The notes below the pieces were generated by a model. It was not told the origin of the DNA. It was given only the letters and a program-made list of their open reading frames with translations, and did not search any database. Made by a program: the position numbers and the translations under genes. From positions 1,184,001 to 1,248,000 of the forward strand of contig JBEKFP010000001.1 of assembly GCA_050013255.1 (NCBI GenBank): a stretch of 64,000 nt of DNA. Direction: 5' to 3'. Below are positions 29,892 through 39,302 of this stretch, piece after piece. The DNA comes from Candidatus Bathyarchaeia archaeon (lineage in GTDB: Archaea > Thermoproteota > Bathyarchaeia > 40CM-2-53-6). Each line of letters starts with the position of its first letter. The stretch's first letter is position 1.

Positions 29892-30659
29892 ATGAAACTG
29901 ATTGACCTGTCACAACCACTCAACCAGGAAACGCCCTTCTGGCCGCTCTACCCACCTTTCGAAGTCAAGTTCATCAAGAGAAAGGCTGAGCATGGAGTAA
30001 ACGCCCAGTATATCATGACCTCAAACCACATGGGAACCCACCTTGATGCGCCCCTTCATTTTGTGACCGGAGGCAAAGACATAGAGAAGATCCCCCTCGA
30101 ACAGCTCTACGGACCAGGCGTGATAGTCGATGTCAGCGATGTTGGAGACCTAGGTATTTACACGCCGGATATGGTGGAAAAAAGAGTGCAGCTTCGCGAC
30201 GGAGACATTCTTCTCCTCCATACCGGGTTCCACAGATATTCGTGGTACCAGCCGCAGGGCATGGCCGACGAGGAGAGATACATCCACCGACACCCAGGCC
30301 CAACGAGGGAATGGGTGGATTGGATACTGGGACGAAAAATCAAGCTGTGGGGCGTCGACGCGGTCTCAACCGACCACCCAATGAACCTGCCCATAGGGAG
30401 ATTTCTGCCGAGAATCGCTCCGAAAGTACGCGCCTTATGTGAGAAGAAGTTTGGAAAGGAGAATGTGGACAAACTATTCCCGGAGGAGGATTACCAGTTA
30501 ACACACAACGCTTTGTTTCCACACGATTGCATCCACATTGAAAACCTCGGTGGAGATATTGAGAAACTGCTGAACAAGCGCGTGACAATTGGTTGCTTCC
30601 CTTGGAAGTTCCGTGGTGGGGAAGCTGCTTTTGCTAGGGTTGTCGCGTTTGTAGATTAA
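29892..30659 (+). CDS. Cyclase (kynurenine formamidase/isatin hydrolase) family metal hydrolase, paralog A
   Basis: LIDLSQPL, HMGTHLDAPLHF, GVDAVSTDHP, HIENL. Confidence 0.9.
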   Translation: MKLIDLSQPLNQETPFWPLYPPFEVKFIKRKAEHGVNAQYIMTSNHMGTHLDAPLHFVTGGKDIEKIPLEQLYGPGVIVDVSDVGDLGIYTPDMVEKRVQLRDGDILLLHTGFHRYSWYQPQGMADEERYIHRHPGPTREWVDWILGRKIKLWGVDAVSTDHPMNLPIGRFLPRIAPKVRALCEKKFGKENVDKLFPEEDYQLTHNALFPHDCIHIENLGGDIEKLLNKRVTIGCFPWKFRGGEAAFARVVAFVD

Positions 30660-30682
30660 AACGGATCATTCCTTTGTTTTTC

Positions 30683-30982
30683 TTAGCCTCCGCCCACGAT
30701 TTCCAAAACGTCAACGCTGTCTATCGTGACCATGTCGTGTTCGAGGAGTGGAGTCCTTAAGCCCTCTAGCATTTTGACGCTATGCCCATTAACAAGCATG
30801 ATTAGGTTGGCGCTCATCTCTTTCGTTCCTGGGTCGAATATGTAACGGCTGAAATCCGGGCCAATCCTTCGTGTGAGCTCCTCCAAGAGGTCACCAACGG
30901 TTTTTACTGTTTCAGCAACTTCGATTTCATCAGAACCTGCAGCCGTTCTTGCACGGCCATGCAATTTGACTCGTATTGCCAT
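30683..30982 (-). CDS. MoaD/ThiS/SAMP ubiquitin-like sulfur carrier
   Basis: beta-grasp pattern, LVNG, GLRTPL, C-terminal GGG. Confidence 0.85.
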   Translation of the reverse strand: MAIRVKLHGRARTAAGSDEIEVAETVKTVGDLLEELTRRIGPDFSRYIFDPGTKEMSANLIMLVNGHSVKMLEGLRTPLLEHDMVTIDSVDVLEIVGGG

Positions 30983-31255
30983 CACGCCCACCCACAAATA
31001 CTATGTCGACAAGGCTTTGCCGAAGCCTCCTAATTCGGTTAACGTTTGGTTTTCGCCTAACGACCAGCATTAACGTTAAGGTTCGAAATCGGCGTCTGCA
31101 TTTTGTCATGCGGCGGCTGCAGCGAATCTTGGGTTAATCTCGGGTTGTGTTGGCTCTCTCTGCCCGTGGGTAGTTTGCAAAAATAATGGGGACCCATTAC
31201 AGTATGAACTTGTGTTTCTCGGGTAAGAGCAACACTGCAAAGGCTTTAATTCAAA

Positions 31256-32383
31256 ATGAGTGCCACCTCATATCGAGAAAATATGAAACAATCAATGACA
31301 GCGGTTGCTTTAATCGTAATGCTTGTCGTCGGAGTTGTAATCGGCATTTTCGTCGGGCCCTCTATGATGCCAAGTCAAGGCGGAATGAGTACAGTAACTA
31401 CAACGGTCGGCGGTGGTGAGGCTAACGCTATCGGGAAACTCAAAGTAGGCCTCATACTGCCAATAACGCCAGAAGACTATTCGTGGAACTACCAAGCGGA
31501 CAAATCAATCAAGTTACTGGGCAGTCAGTTTGGCTTCAACGCTACTGTAGCAGAGAACCTCTTTGATGGAACCAAAGCCGAACCCGTTGCCACTCAATGG
31601 GCAAGCCAAGGCTACAATGTGATCATCGGACAGGGCATCCAATACCAAGACATGTTCATCAAAATCGCTCCACAATTCCCCAACACCCTCTTCCTTTGCG
31701 TTGACTGCTTCAAAGGCGGCCATGACGGCACAGACCCAAGTAATGTTGGCGATGTCTGGTGGTACATGGCTGACGGCGCCTACCTAATGGGTCTACTAGC
31801 AGGAAACATGACCAAGACCAACAAACTGGGCTTGATTGGAGGTGGCCGGGTTCCCTCAATTTGGGCTGGCCACGAAGCTTTCAAGCGCGGAGCTCTCCAT
31901 TCGAACCCCAATGTTCAGTTCATCGAAACATGGATGCCATTCTCGTGGGCCGATGTGGCGGGAGCAAAGAAATCAGCAGAACAAATGGCAGACCAAGGCG
32001 TTGATTTCATTTTCAGCAGTGGAGATGGGGTTGACGTCGGAGTCAGACAAGCGGCTGCAGAAAGGAACATCATGATGACTGGCGTGTACGCCGACGCAGC
32101 ACACTTGGATCCGACCCACATTATGCAAAGCATCGTCGTTCACTGGGACATTGCGTACCTTACAGCTCTCGCTGACTACGTCAGAGGCGATTACAAGAAC
32201 ATCTGGCTACAAGCAGACTTGTTCTCCGGCATGGTTTCCCTAGGCGAATTTGGGTCTCTTGTGCCTGCGAACTATCAGGCTGCTCTTCTACAAGCACAAT
32301 TCAACATACGATTGAACAGTCTTCCATACACGCTGGACCCGACGTGCTTCGACAACGGAAACCAACCGCAGTGCAAACCATAG
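31256..32383 (+). CDS. BMP-family ABC transporter substrate-binding protein (second system)
   Basis: TM anchor plus Thr linker; DYSWN, TKTNKLGLIGG, AFKRGA, WADVAGAK. Confidence 0.87.
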   Translation: MSATSYRENMKQSMTAVALIVMLVVGVVIGIFVGPSMMPSQGGMSTVTTTVGGGEANAIGKLKVGLILPITPEDYSWNYQADKSIKLLGSQFGFNATVAENLFDGTKAEPVATQWASQGYNVIIGQGIQYQDMFIKIAPQFPNTLFLCVDCFKGGHDGTDPSNVGDVWWYMADGAYLMGLLAGNMTKTNKLGLIGGGRVPSIWAGHEAFKRGALHSNPNVQFIETWMPFSWADVAGAKKSAEQMADQGVDFIFSSGDGVDVGVRQAAAERNIMMTGVYADAAHLDPTHIMQSIVVHWDIAYLTALADYVRGDYKNIWLQADLFSGMVSLGEFGSLVPANYQAALLQAQFNIRLNSLPYTLDPTCFDNGNQPQCKP

Positions 32384-33399
32384 ACCGGCTTCGGGGCGTG
32401 GGCTACAATGCCTTCGCACTCGCAGTCGGTATAGTCTTGGGGCTCGCTATAGTCGTCGCCATTGGGGGCGACATTAGAGCAGCCTCAACCTCTCTTTTGT
32501 TAAGTCCGATAAGTTCCGTCTATTCCTTTAGTGAGATTTTCGTTCGAGTGACCATACTTCTGATTATGGGTTTGGGAATTGCCCTTGGTCTCAGGGCCGG
32601 GGTCTGGAATGTTGGTGCTGAAGGCCAATACATTGTCGGTAGCGTCATGGCGATGTACGTTGCCTTCCACGTCACATCGGTTCCTCCGTCAATAGTGATC
32701 GTTCTAATGATTTTGGCAGGTGCCGCGGGAGGTCTCCTCTGGATGGTTGTTCCTGCGCTCCTTAAGGCCAAGTTTGGAGCCAATGAAATTGTAGTTACTC
32801 TTCTGCTGAACCTTGTTGCCTCCAACTTCCTACTGTATGCCCTCGACGGGCCCATCCGCGGGAAAGCTTCTTTCGGCTATCTAATCTCAGATATGTTACC
32901 TACTGATCTGAGAATTCCGAAACTGATTCCAGCAACAAGACTCGGGTTTGGGATTGTAATCGCTATTGTCTTGGTCGTTGCCTTCTACTTGCTGAGCGAA
33001 AGGACTTCTTTCGGACTTCAAGTTAGGACTGTGGGAAAGAATCTGGAAGCCGCAAAATACGCGGGCATTAGCGTCCCTAGAGTCTACATTGTCACTTTGC
33101 TGCTAGCGGGTGCAATGGCTGGCCTCGCTGGAGCAATTCACGTGAGCGGTGTCATTTACACCCTAGACCCCGGTTACCCCTCAGGTTATGGGTATATCGC
33201 AATAATCGTCGCGATGCTAGGTGGGACGTCTGTGATAGGCACCGCAGTCGCTTCGGTAGTCATTAGCTACTTCGTCGTTGGCGCCGAAAATATGCAAAGC
33301 GCTGCACAGGTTCCTTTCGCATTGGTCTACACAATCGAAGGAATTATCCTCTTCAGCCTAGCTGCCGGTCAGTATTTAATGGGACGGAAAAAGTCGTGA
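32344..33399 (+). CDS. Nucleoside ABC transporter permease 1 (second system); true start probably a little downstream
   Basis: WNVGAEGQ, ANEIVVTLLLN, GYGYIAI. Confidence 0.9.
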   Translation: MLRQRKPTAVQTIDRLRGVGYNAFALAVGIVLGLAIVVAIGGDIRAASTSLLLSPISSVYSFSEIFVRVTILLIMGLGIALGLRAGVWNVGAEGQYIVGSVMAMYVAFHVTSVPPSIVIVLMILAGAAGGLLWMVVPALLKAKFGANEIVVTLLLNLVASNFLLYALDGPIRGKASFGYLISDMLPTDLRIPKLIPATRLGFGIVIAIVLVVAFYLLSERTSFGLQVRTVGKNLEAAKYAGISVPRVYIVTLLLAGAMAGLAGAIHVSGVIYTLDPGYPSGYGYIAIIVAMLGGTSVIGTAVASVVISYFVVGAENMQSAAQVPFALVYTIEGIILFSLAAGQYLMGRKKS

Positions 33400-33406
33400 G
33401 TTCCAC

Positions 33407-34420
33407 TTGTTAAGTAAGTTAAGTAAGTTTTCGCTCAAGACTTGGATTTTGGCCGCCATCATAGGCGTTGCAGTTATGTTGGTGGTTTACGAGCAGTTCG
33501 GCATGTTATTCTTGGAAGCAATTCTTTACCAGACCCTCAAACTAGTTCCTGCACTCTTGCTAGCCGCTCTTGGCGAGTTAATCGCGGAAAAATCAGGTGT
33601 TCTAAACTTAGGAGTGGAAGGGCTCATGCTAATGGGTGCCTTCACGGCCTTCGGCGTAACCTACGTTACTGGAGATCCCGTGATAGGAGTGCTTGCCGCA
33701 ATGGGATTTACTGTTCTTCTCGGTCTAGCCTTCTCCTTCTTCGCGATTAGTCTGCGTACCAATCAGGTCGTAATTGGGCTCGGCCTCTGGCTCTTTGGAC
33801 TGGGGTTATCAGACACCTTGAACCGAGCTTTCTTTACGTCTGGAGCTCCGAGCACTATTCCCATAATCGGAGACATGCATATCCCGGTACTCTCAACGCT
33901 GCCATTGATTGGGAGGTTCATCTTTCAACAGAACCCCATCGTCTACATTTCCATTGCCCTCATACCTGTAGTCGACATTTTCTTGAATAGGACCAGCCTT
34001 GGCGTGAAGATTCGGGCAGTAGGTGAAAACCCGCGTGCAGCTGAAACGATGGGTGTTGACGTTTACAAGATCCGATACGTAGCCGTGCTCATAGGTGCCG
34101 CATTTGCCGGCGCGGGAGGAGCATACTACACGACAACTCTCCTGGGAACTTTCATTCTAAACATCACATTTAGCCGCGGATTCATCGCACTCGCGCTCAT
34201 CTACTTTGGTAAGTGGAAACCTTACAAAGTCTTATTGCCGTTGATTGTTTTCAGTTTTGTTGATTCTTTCCAGCTCGGTCTGCAGGGCGCAGGGGTCCCG
34301 ATCAAATACTTCTTTCTGAATATGCTCCCCTACATCACTATCGTTGCATTGATTCCAATTCTCGGTAGAAAGGCCATTGCTCCGGCTGCTCTGATGCAAC
34401 CCTACAAGAAGGGCGGGTAG
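33407..34420 (+). CDS. Nucleoside ABC transporter permease 2 (second system)
   Basis: EKSGVLNLGVEG, RAVGENP, RGFIALA. Confidence 0.92.
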   Translation: MLSKLSKFSLKTWILAAIIGVAVMLVVYEQFGMLFLEAILYQTLKLVPALLLAALGELIAEKSGVLNLGVEGLMLMGAFTAFGVTYVTGDPVIGVLAAMGFTVLLGLAFSFFAISLRTNQVVIGLGLWLFGLGLSDTLNRAFFTSGAPSTIPIIGDMHIPVLSTLPLIGRFIFQQNPIVYISIALIPVVDIFLNRTSLGVKIRAVGENPRAAETMGVDVYKIRYVAVLIGAAFAGAGGAYYTTTLLGTFILNITFSRGFIALALIYFGKWKPYKVLLPLIVFSFVDSFQLGLQGAGVPIKYFFLNMLPYITIVALIPILGRKAIAPAALMQPYKKGG

Positions 34421-34444
34421 GGGAGAAGGCTACTCCATCTACTA

Positions 34445-35995
34445 TTAGCTAGACTTACTCTGCGTCATCAGTTTAGCTATCTCTTCAATTTTGACGGCAC
34501 CAATAGGAAATGTTCCTGAAATTTTGCCGTTGGATATGACCGCGATTCTATCGCTCATGTCCAATAATTCATCAAGTTCAGTGGAGATAAGTAGGATTGC
34601 TTTTCCCCTTTCTTTCTCTCTCATCAGGAGCTTACGTGTATACTCCGTTGCGGCTACGTCTAAGCCCTTCGTGGGGTTGTGGGCTACTATTATCTTCGGA
34701 TCCCAGAAGAGTTCTCTCGAAAGGAGAAACTTCTGCTTATTCCCCCCTGACAGAGTCCATACAGGAACTGTTTGAGACTGGGCGCGGACGTCATACTCAG
34801 ACATGAGTTTGGTTAGTTGAATGCCAATTGATCGTAAGTCGAGCAATCCAACCTTAGTGAACATTCTAGCCACGTGCGGCTCGATTACCAAATTATCAGA
34901 TAGCGGGAAGTCGAATACCAAACCTGTCTTCTGGTCTTCAGGAATGTGCGCTACGCCGAGTTGTCTGATTTCATCAGGAACCCATCCCGTCACATCCTTA
35001 CCCATGGCAGAAATCTTCCCAGCAGTAGGTTTCCGAATGCACGTCGCTACCTCGACAAGTTCCTTCTGGCCATTCCCAGCAATACCTGCTATCCCTAGTA
35101 TCTCTCCGCCCTTGACGGAAATTGAGATCCCGTCCAAGGCGGTGAGTCCCAAGTTATTCACCGCCGATATGCTACTTAACTCAAGGAGCGGGGTAGTTGT
35201 CTCAGAGGTCAGCCTCTCCGTTCGGAACAGGACCTCACGGCCCACAATCATCTTCGCAAGTTCGGGTCCAGTCACTTTTTTCGTGCTTTCGGTGGCCACA
35301 ACTTTGCCTTGCTTCAGAACGGTAACGTTGTCGGTCACTGCTAAGATCTCATCGATCTTGTGTGAGACAAATACAATAGACTTCCCCGCCTTCGCCATTT
35401 GACGCAGAGCAGAGAAAAGTTCACGCGTTTCTAAGGGCGTGAGAACGGAGGTCGGTTCATCCAGAATCAGGACGTTTGCGCCTTTGAGAAGAGCCTTCAT
35501 AATCTCGACCGACTGCCTCTGCCCAGCAGATAGTTCACGAACCGTTGCATTCGGGTCAACGGCTAGCCCGTTTCGTTTCGAAACATCGTTGATTTCTTTT
35601 TCCAGTCTCTCGCGTTTTACGAGGGGATGCCTCAAGCTCTCGTCCTGCATTACAGCAACGTTCTCAACCACTGTCATTGAATTGATGAGCATGAACTCTT
35701 GGTGAACCATGGCGATTTTCGCGGCCATTGCGTCGCGGGGCGAGTGAAAGTGAGTTTCTTTTCCATATACTAGGATTCTTCCAGAGTCAGGTCGCAGAAG
35801 ACCATAGAGCATGTTGCACAGAGTCGTCTTTCCTGCACCATTCTCTCCAAGAAGCGCGTGGACTTCGCCTTGCTTGACGCTGAAGTTGACGTTGTCATTC
35901 GCAACGAGCGTCCCGAATCGTTTTGTTATGCCCTCAGCCACGAGTGCGTAATCATTTTCAAGTGACGTGTTTGGATTCGTCATCCCGAGTTCCAC
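34445..35995 (-). CDS. Nucleoside ABC transporter ATP-binding protein (second system, convergent)
   Basis: GENGAGKT, DEPT, LSGGNKQK. Confidence 0.94.
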   Translation of the reverse strand: MELGMTNPNTSLENDYALVAEGITKRFGTLVANDNVNFSVKQGEVHALLGENGAGKTTLCNMLYGLLRPDSGRILVYGKETHFHSPRDAMAAKIAMVHQEFMLINSMTVVENVAVMQDESLRHPLVKRERLEKEINDVSKRNGLAVDPNATVRELSAGQRQSVEIMKALLKGANVLILDEPTSVLTPLETRELFSALRQMAKAGKSIVFVSHKIDEILAVTDNVTVLKQGKVVATESTKKVTGPELAKMIVGREVLFRTERLTSETTTPLLELSSISAVNNLGLTALDGISISVKGGEILGIAGIAGNGQKELVEVATCIRKPTAGKISAMGKDVTGWVPDEIRQLGVAHIPEDQKTGLVFDFPLSDNLVIEPHVARMFTKVGLLDLRSIGIQLTKLMSEYDVRAQSQTVPVWTLSGGNKQKFLLSRELFWDPKIIVAHNPTKGLDVAATEYTRKLLMREKERGKAILLISTELDELLDMSDRIAVISNGKISGTFPIGAVKIEEIAKLMTQSKSS

Positions 35996-36158
35996 TGTGT
36001 TGGAGAGAATGATTGGGCTAAAGAGTGTTGTGGCAATTCTGAAATGATTATACTTGGAGAAATTACTCTATGTGCTTCATTATCTGCTTGGACGCCGGCA
36101 ACGCGTATTAGCGCATGCCCGCAGAGTAGACGGAATCACGACATGGGGATGGGTAGTA

Positions 36159-37013
36159 GTGAAGCTAGGCAGTCCAAAATTCGTCAAAGGGCTCCTACTT
36201 GCATCTCTGATGATTCTCGTACTTTGTATTTCTTCGCCACCGATGGCATCATACGCGCTTCAAGACGCGAAAATAGAACTAACCTTTAGCAATGATAGAC
36301 CCTTGCGGGGGGATGTCATAACAATTGCTGGACGCCTCTCAACGACAGTAGACAATCGTCCAATCCCTTTAGCCTCAGTTAGTTTGGAATACACTAGGGT
36401 GGGAGATACAAGCCCAACCCGCGAGGTATCCATGATTACCTCGAACCCCAGCGGTCTCTTTCAGGACATTGTGAACACAACATATCTCCTACGAATCGGT
36501 CCATGGATAGTCAATGCATCATTTCCAAGCCAGGTAGGTTACCAAGCGACATCAACCACGAAAACATTCACGGTAGTCGTCCAGCCAAGCCTCTCACTTT
36601 ACCTCTCCATGAATCACGTCAGCCTCGGTCGCGAAGTTGAGTTCAACGGGCTCCTGTTTGCTTGCATTCCATGCCTTCATGACCAAGTCGTTGTAAAACT
36701 GTTCCGCCCAGATAATACATCAATTATGCTAACCCTCGACCTCAATGCTATAGGCGGGCCCTACCCAGCAGGGTTCTATGAAGGCAGTTACGTACCTGAT
36801 ACGCCGGGCCAATGGCATATTCAAGCCATCTGGGAAGGAGATAACGTGAGTCTACCTGCATACTCGGAGGTCCATACGCTGGATGTCGAATCACAGTCGA
36901 ATCTTGCAGGACTCCCTGTAATGCAGTTCTACGAAGTCCTTGCTATCATAGCGGGAGCAATTGCACTAGCGGTCTTTCTCATACGAAGGCGCGTCAGCAA
37001 ACGGCCTCAGTAA
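36159..37013 (+). CDS. Secreted/surface protein with Ig-like beta domains and C-terminal membrane anchor
   Basis: Signal-peptide-like N-terminus, beta-rich domains (ITIAGRL, GPWIVNASF, GQWHIQAIWEGD), C-terminal TM plus RRR; GTG start chosen (ORF open from 36054). Confidence 0.7.
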   Translation: MKLGSPKFVKGLLLASLMILVLCISSPPMASYALQDAKIELTFSNDRPLRGDVITIAGRLSTTVDNRPIPLASVSLEYTRVGDTSPTREVSMITSNPSGLFQDIVNTTYLLRIGPWIVNASFPSQVGYQATSTTKTFTVVVQPSLSLYLSMNHVSLGREVEFNGLLFACIPCLHDQVVVKLFRPDNTSIMLTLDLNAIGGPYPAGFYEGSYVPDTPGQWHIQAIWEGDNVSLPAYSEVHTLDVESQSNLAGLPVMQFYEVLAIIAGAIALAVFLIRRRVSKRPQ

Positions 37014-37029
37014 GATGACCGTGACTGGG

Positions 37030-37767
37030 TTAGACGTCTGCTTTCTCTGGAATCCTGAATTTTTGCGACTTGGCTAGCAGGTCCTTTGGTACCGGTTTCT
37101 CACCAAGGTAGCGGGCGTACTTCAATTTCACGAAGTTCTCCCAGTCTTCCTTCGCAGTGTAGAAGATCCGTGAGCCACCGAGTTCGTGCTGCATCTCGGG
37201 GAAGGGTTTCTGCTTGGGAGCCCATTCAGTTCCCATGATCCTCAGGCCGATGTAGCTTTCGAAGGTTGCCCACCATTCCCTCGCTCCCAAATGGTCAAAG
37301 GCGTGCTCCATCTTCGCGAAGTAGAGGGCGGGCCCCACATCAATACCACGTTTGAATGACATTGTGTGAAGGCTGATCGCGATATTCTGATCCCACATTC
37401 TTGCGTTGACGATTCCTACTAGTTTGTCGTCTTGAATTCCCAGTAGCAGGTAGTGGTCCTTAATTCTGTACATCTTCCAGGCCAAGATTTCTGCGTACGT
37501 CCGCCACGCGACGATATCGTAGAAGTCTTTGTTGACATCGACGTAGAGTCTAACTGCCTTGAGAACCTCTGGTGCTTCGGCTCGACTGGCTTGCCGAACA
37601 ACAATTTTGCTTCCATCCTTCATACCCACAAGCTTGGGAGGGTAAACGGCTTTTTCCAAGTAGGGAGCGTCAACAGCCCTGAGAATCGCCTCCATATCCT
37701 GAACTCGCAACTTATGTTCCGTCATAGAGACTTCTGTTGGCGGTTCATAGTAAGTCATAGAATTCAC
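37030..37767 (-). CDS. Uncharacterised GNAT-like protein, paralog B
   Basis: Shares KDFYD.VA.R.YAEI, KDHY, NAR.WD, ISLHT..FKRG, AKMEHAF, EWWAT.ESY, QHELGG with 16530..17252. Confidence 0.65.
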   Translation of the reverse strand: MNSMTYYEPPTEVSMTEHKLRVQDMEAILRAVDAPYLEKAVYPPKLVGMKDGSKIVVRQASRAEAPEVLKAVRLYVDVNKDFYDIVAWRTYAEILAWKMYRIKDHYLLLGIQDDKLVGIVNARMWDQNIAISLHTMSFKRGIDVGPALYFAKMEHAFDHLGAREWWATFESYIGLRIMGTEWAPKQKPFPEMQHELGGSRIFYTAKEDWENFVKLKYARYLGEKPVPKDLLAKSQKFRIPEKADV

Positions 37768-37953
37768 TTGGAGGGCTGAAGTGAATTTGTTCCAATATGA
37801 GTGTTATTCTTCGTTTCCAGCATGTCTAGTAACGCTACAACCTCTATTCGAAAGTTGGGGAATTTTCATTTGATTCATTCCGTTATTGTCGCATGTAGTA
37901 AATGCCCAAAAGACTTGTCAAGCGGGCAACTCGAACTTGATTTTGAGCGAGCC

Positions 37954-38802
37954 TTGAAGTTTCTTGACTTAACTATCCCACTCGGAATTGCTACACCACC
38001 GTGGCCGACGTACGAACCGCTTCAGCTGAAATACTTCAAACGGTTGGCTCCCAACGGAGCGAACGGCCAAGTCCTAACGCACTCGAACCATGTCGGAACC
38101 CATTTGGACGGTGAGATCCATTTCTTCACCCCTGGAAAGGATATGGCGAGTTTGACGATGGACTTCCTGGTTGGACCGGGCGCTGTTGTCGACCTTTCCG
38201 ATGTTGCCGGTGATTACGATGTATACACTTCGAAGATGATTGAAGATAGAGTCAAAGTTGGAGAAGGCGACATACTCCTCATCCATACTGGCTACCACAG
38301 GTATGGTTGGGATCAACCGACGGCGGACGAGATTCGGTATATGGTGAAGCACCCAGGCCCAGACAGGGAGTTTGCCGAATGGGCGAAGCGGAAGAAGATC
38401 AAATGGATTGGCGTCGACTGCGGCAGCGCCGACCATCCAATGAACACGATTATTCGTGATTGGATGCCCAGACAGGCAAAAGAGGCTGACGCGCACTTTC
38501 AGAAGAAGTTCGGCATGAAATTGAACGAGTACTTCACGGACGATAAGTACCAACTCATGCATATCGAAATGTTTCCTTATGGAATCATTCACGCCGAATG
38601 CGTTGGCGGCGACATAGACCTACTCCTCAACAAACGCACAACCATCGGCTTCTTCCCGTGGCGCTTCGTAGACGGCGAGGCAAGCATTGGACGGTGTGTA
38701 GCCGTCATGGATGATACCGAATACGAACAAGCGATGAAAAAGAAAGCCGCGCTACCGAAAACCCGCTTTGGGGATTCGATCGGATGCAAAGGTTTCAAGT
38801 GA
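37954..38802 (+). CDS. Cyclase-family metal hydrolase, paralog B
   Basis: FLDLTIPL, HVGTHLDG, HPGP, GVDCGSADHPMN, HAEC; TTG start chosen (ORF open from 37801). Confidence 0.9.
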   Translation: MKFLDLTIPLGIATPPWPTYEPLQLKYFKRLAPNGANGQVLTHSNHVGTHLDGEIHFFTPGKDMASLTMDFLVGPGAVVDLSDVAGDYDVYTSKMIEDRVKVGEGDILLIHTGYHRYGWDQPTADEIRYMVKHPGPDREFAEWAKRKKIKWIGVDCGSADHPMNTIIRDWMPRQAKEADAHFQKKFGMKLNEYFTDDKYQLMHIEMFPYGIIHAECVGGDIDLLLNKRTTIGFFPWRFVDGEASIGRCVAVMDDTEYEQAMKKKAALPKTRFGDSIGCKGFK

Positions 38803-38857
38803 ATTAAGGACCCCTTCCATTTTACACTCAGCTTGAGGCCAGAATAGACAGCTGTGC

Positions 38858-39133
38858 TTACCGCTTTCTGGCAGTCGCATGTATCGCAAACATAGAAACT
38901 ACTAGGGCGATAAGGACCCAGATCGCTAGGTCTGCCATGAACATGTCCCAAAGAATATGGTCGCCCATCGGGATCACTCGTATGACCCATGGAAACGGTG
39001 CCCCCTTTTGGACCACGTCAACACCCATCCTGGTGAAGGGCGTCATGAATAGGCCCGAAATGGCCGTAACAACCGCCCCAACTATCGCAGAGGTTACCAT
39101 ACCAATTGCAAACTTGGATTTCAACCCAGACAC
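38858..39133 (-). CDS. Small two-TM membrane protein
   Basis: Two hydrophobic helices flanking GAPFPW, D...W. Confidence 0.65.
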   Translation of the reverse strand: MSGLKSKFAIGMVTSAIVGAVVTAISGLFMTPFTRMGVDVVQKGAPFPWVIRVIPMGDHILWDMFMADLAIWVLIALVVSMFAIHATARKR

Positions 39134-39302
39134 TTCCGCATCGAATTAGACAGTCCGCCTCCCGCGTAATCAATCAATAATTTCGAACGCGTGTTCGGCA
39201 TGTTCGAACAAATCACTTCACACTTGCTTACACGAATAATCAGGAAGAAAAAAGGTAAAGAAAAATGGTGATGAGGTTCATCCACGAACCGTCGAGTTTA
39301 GG

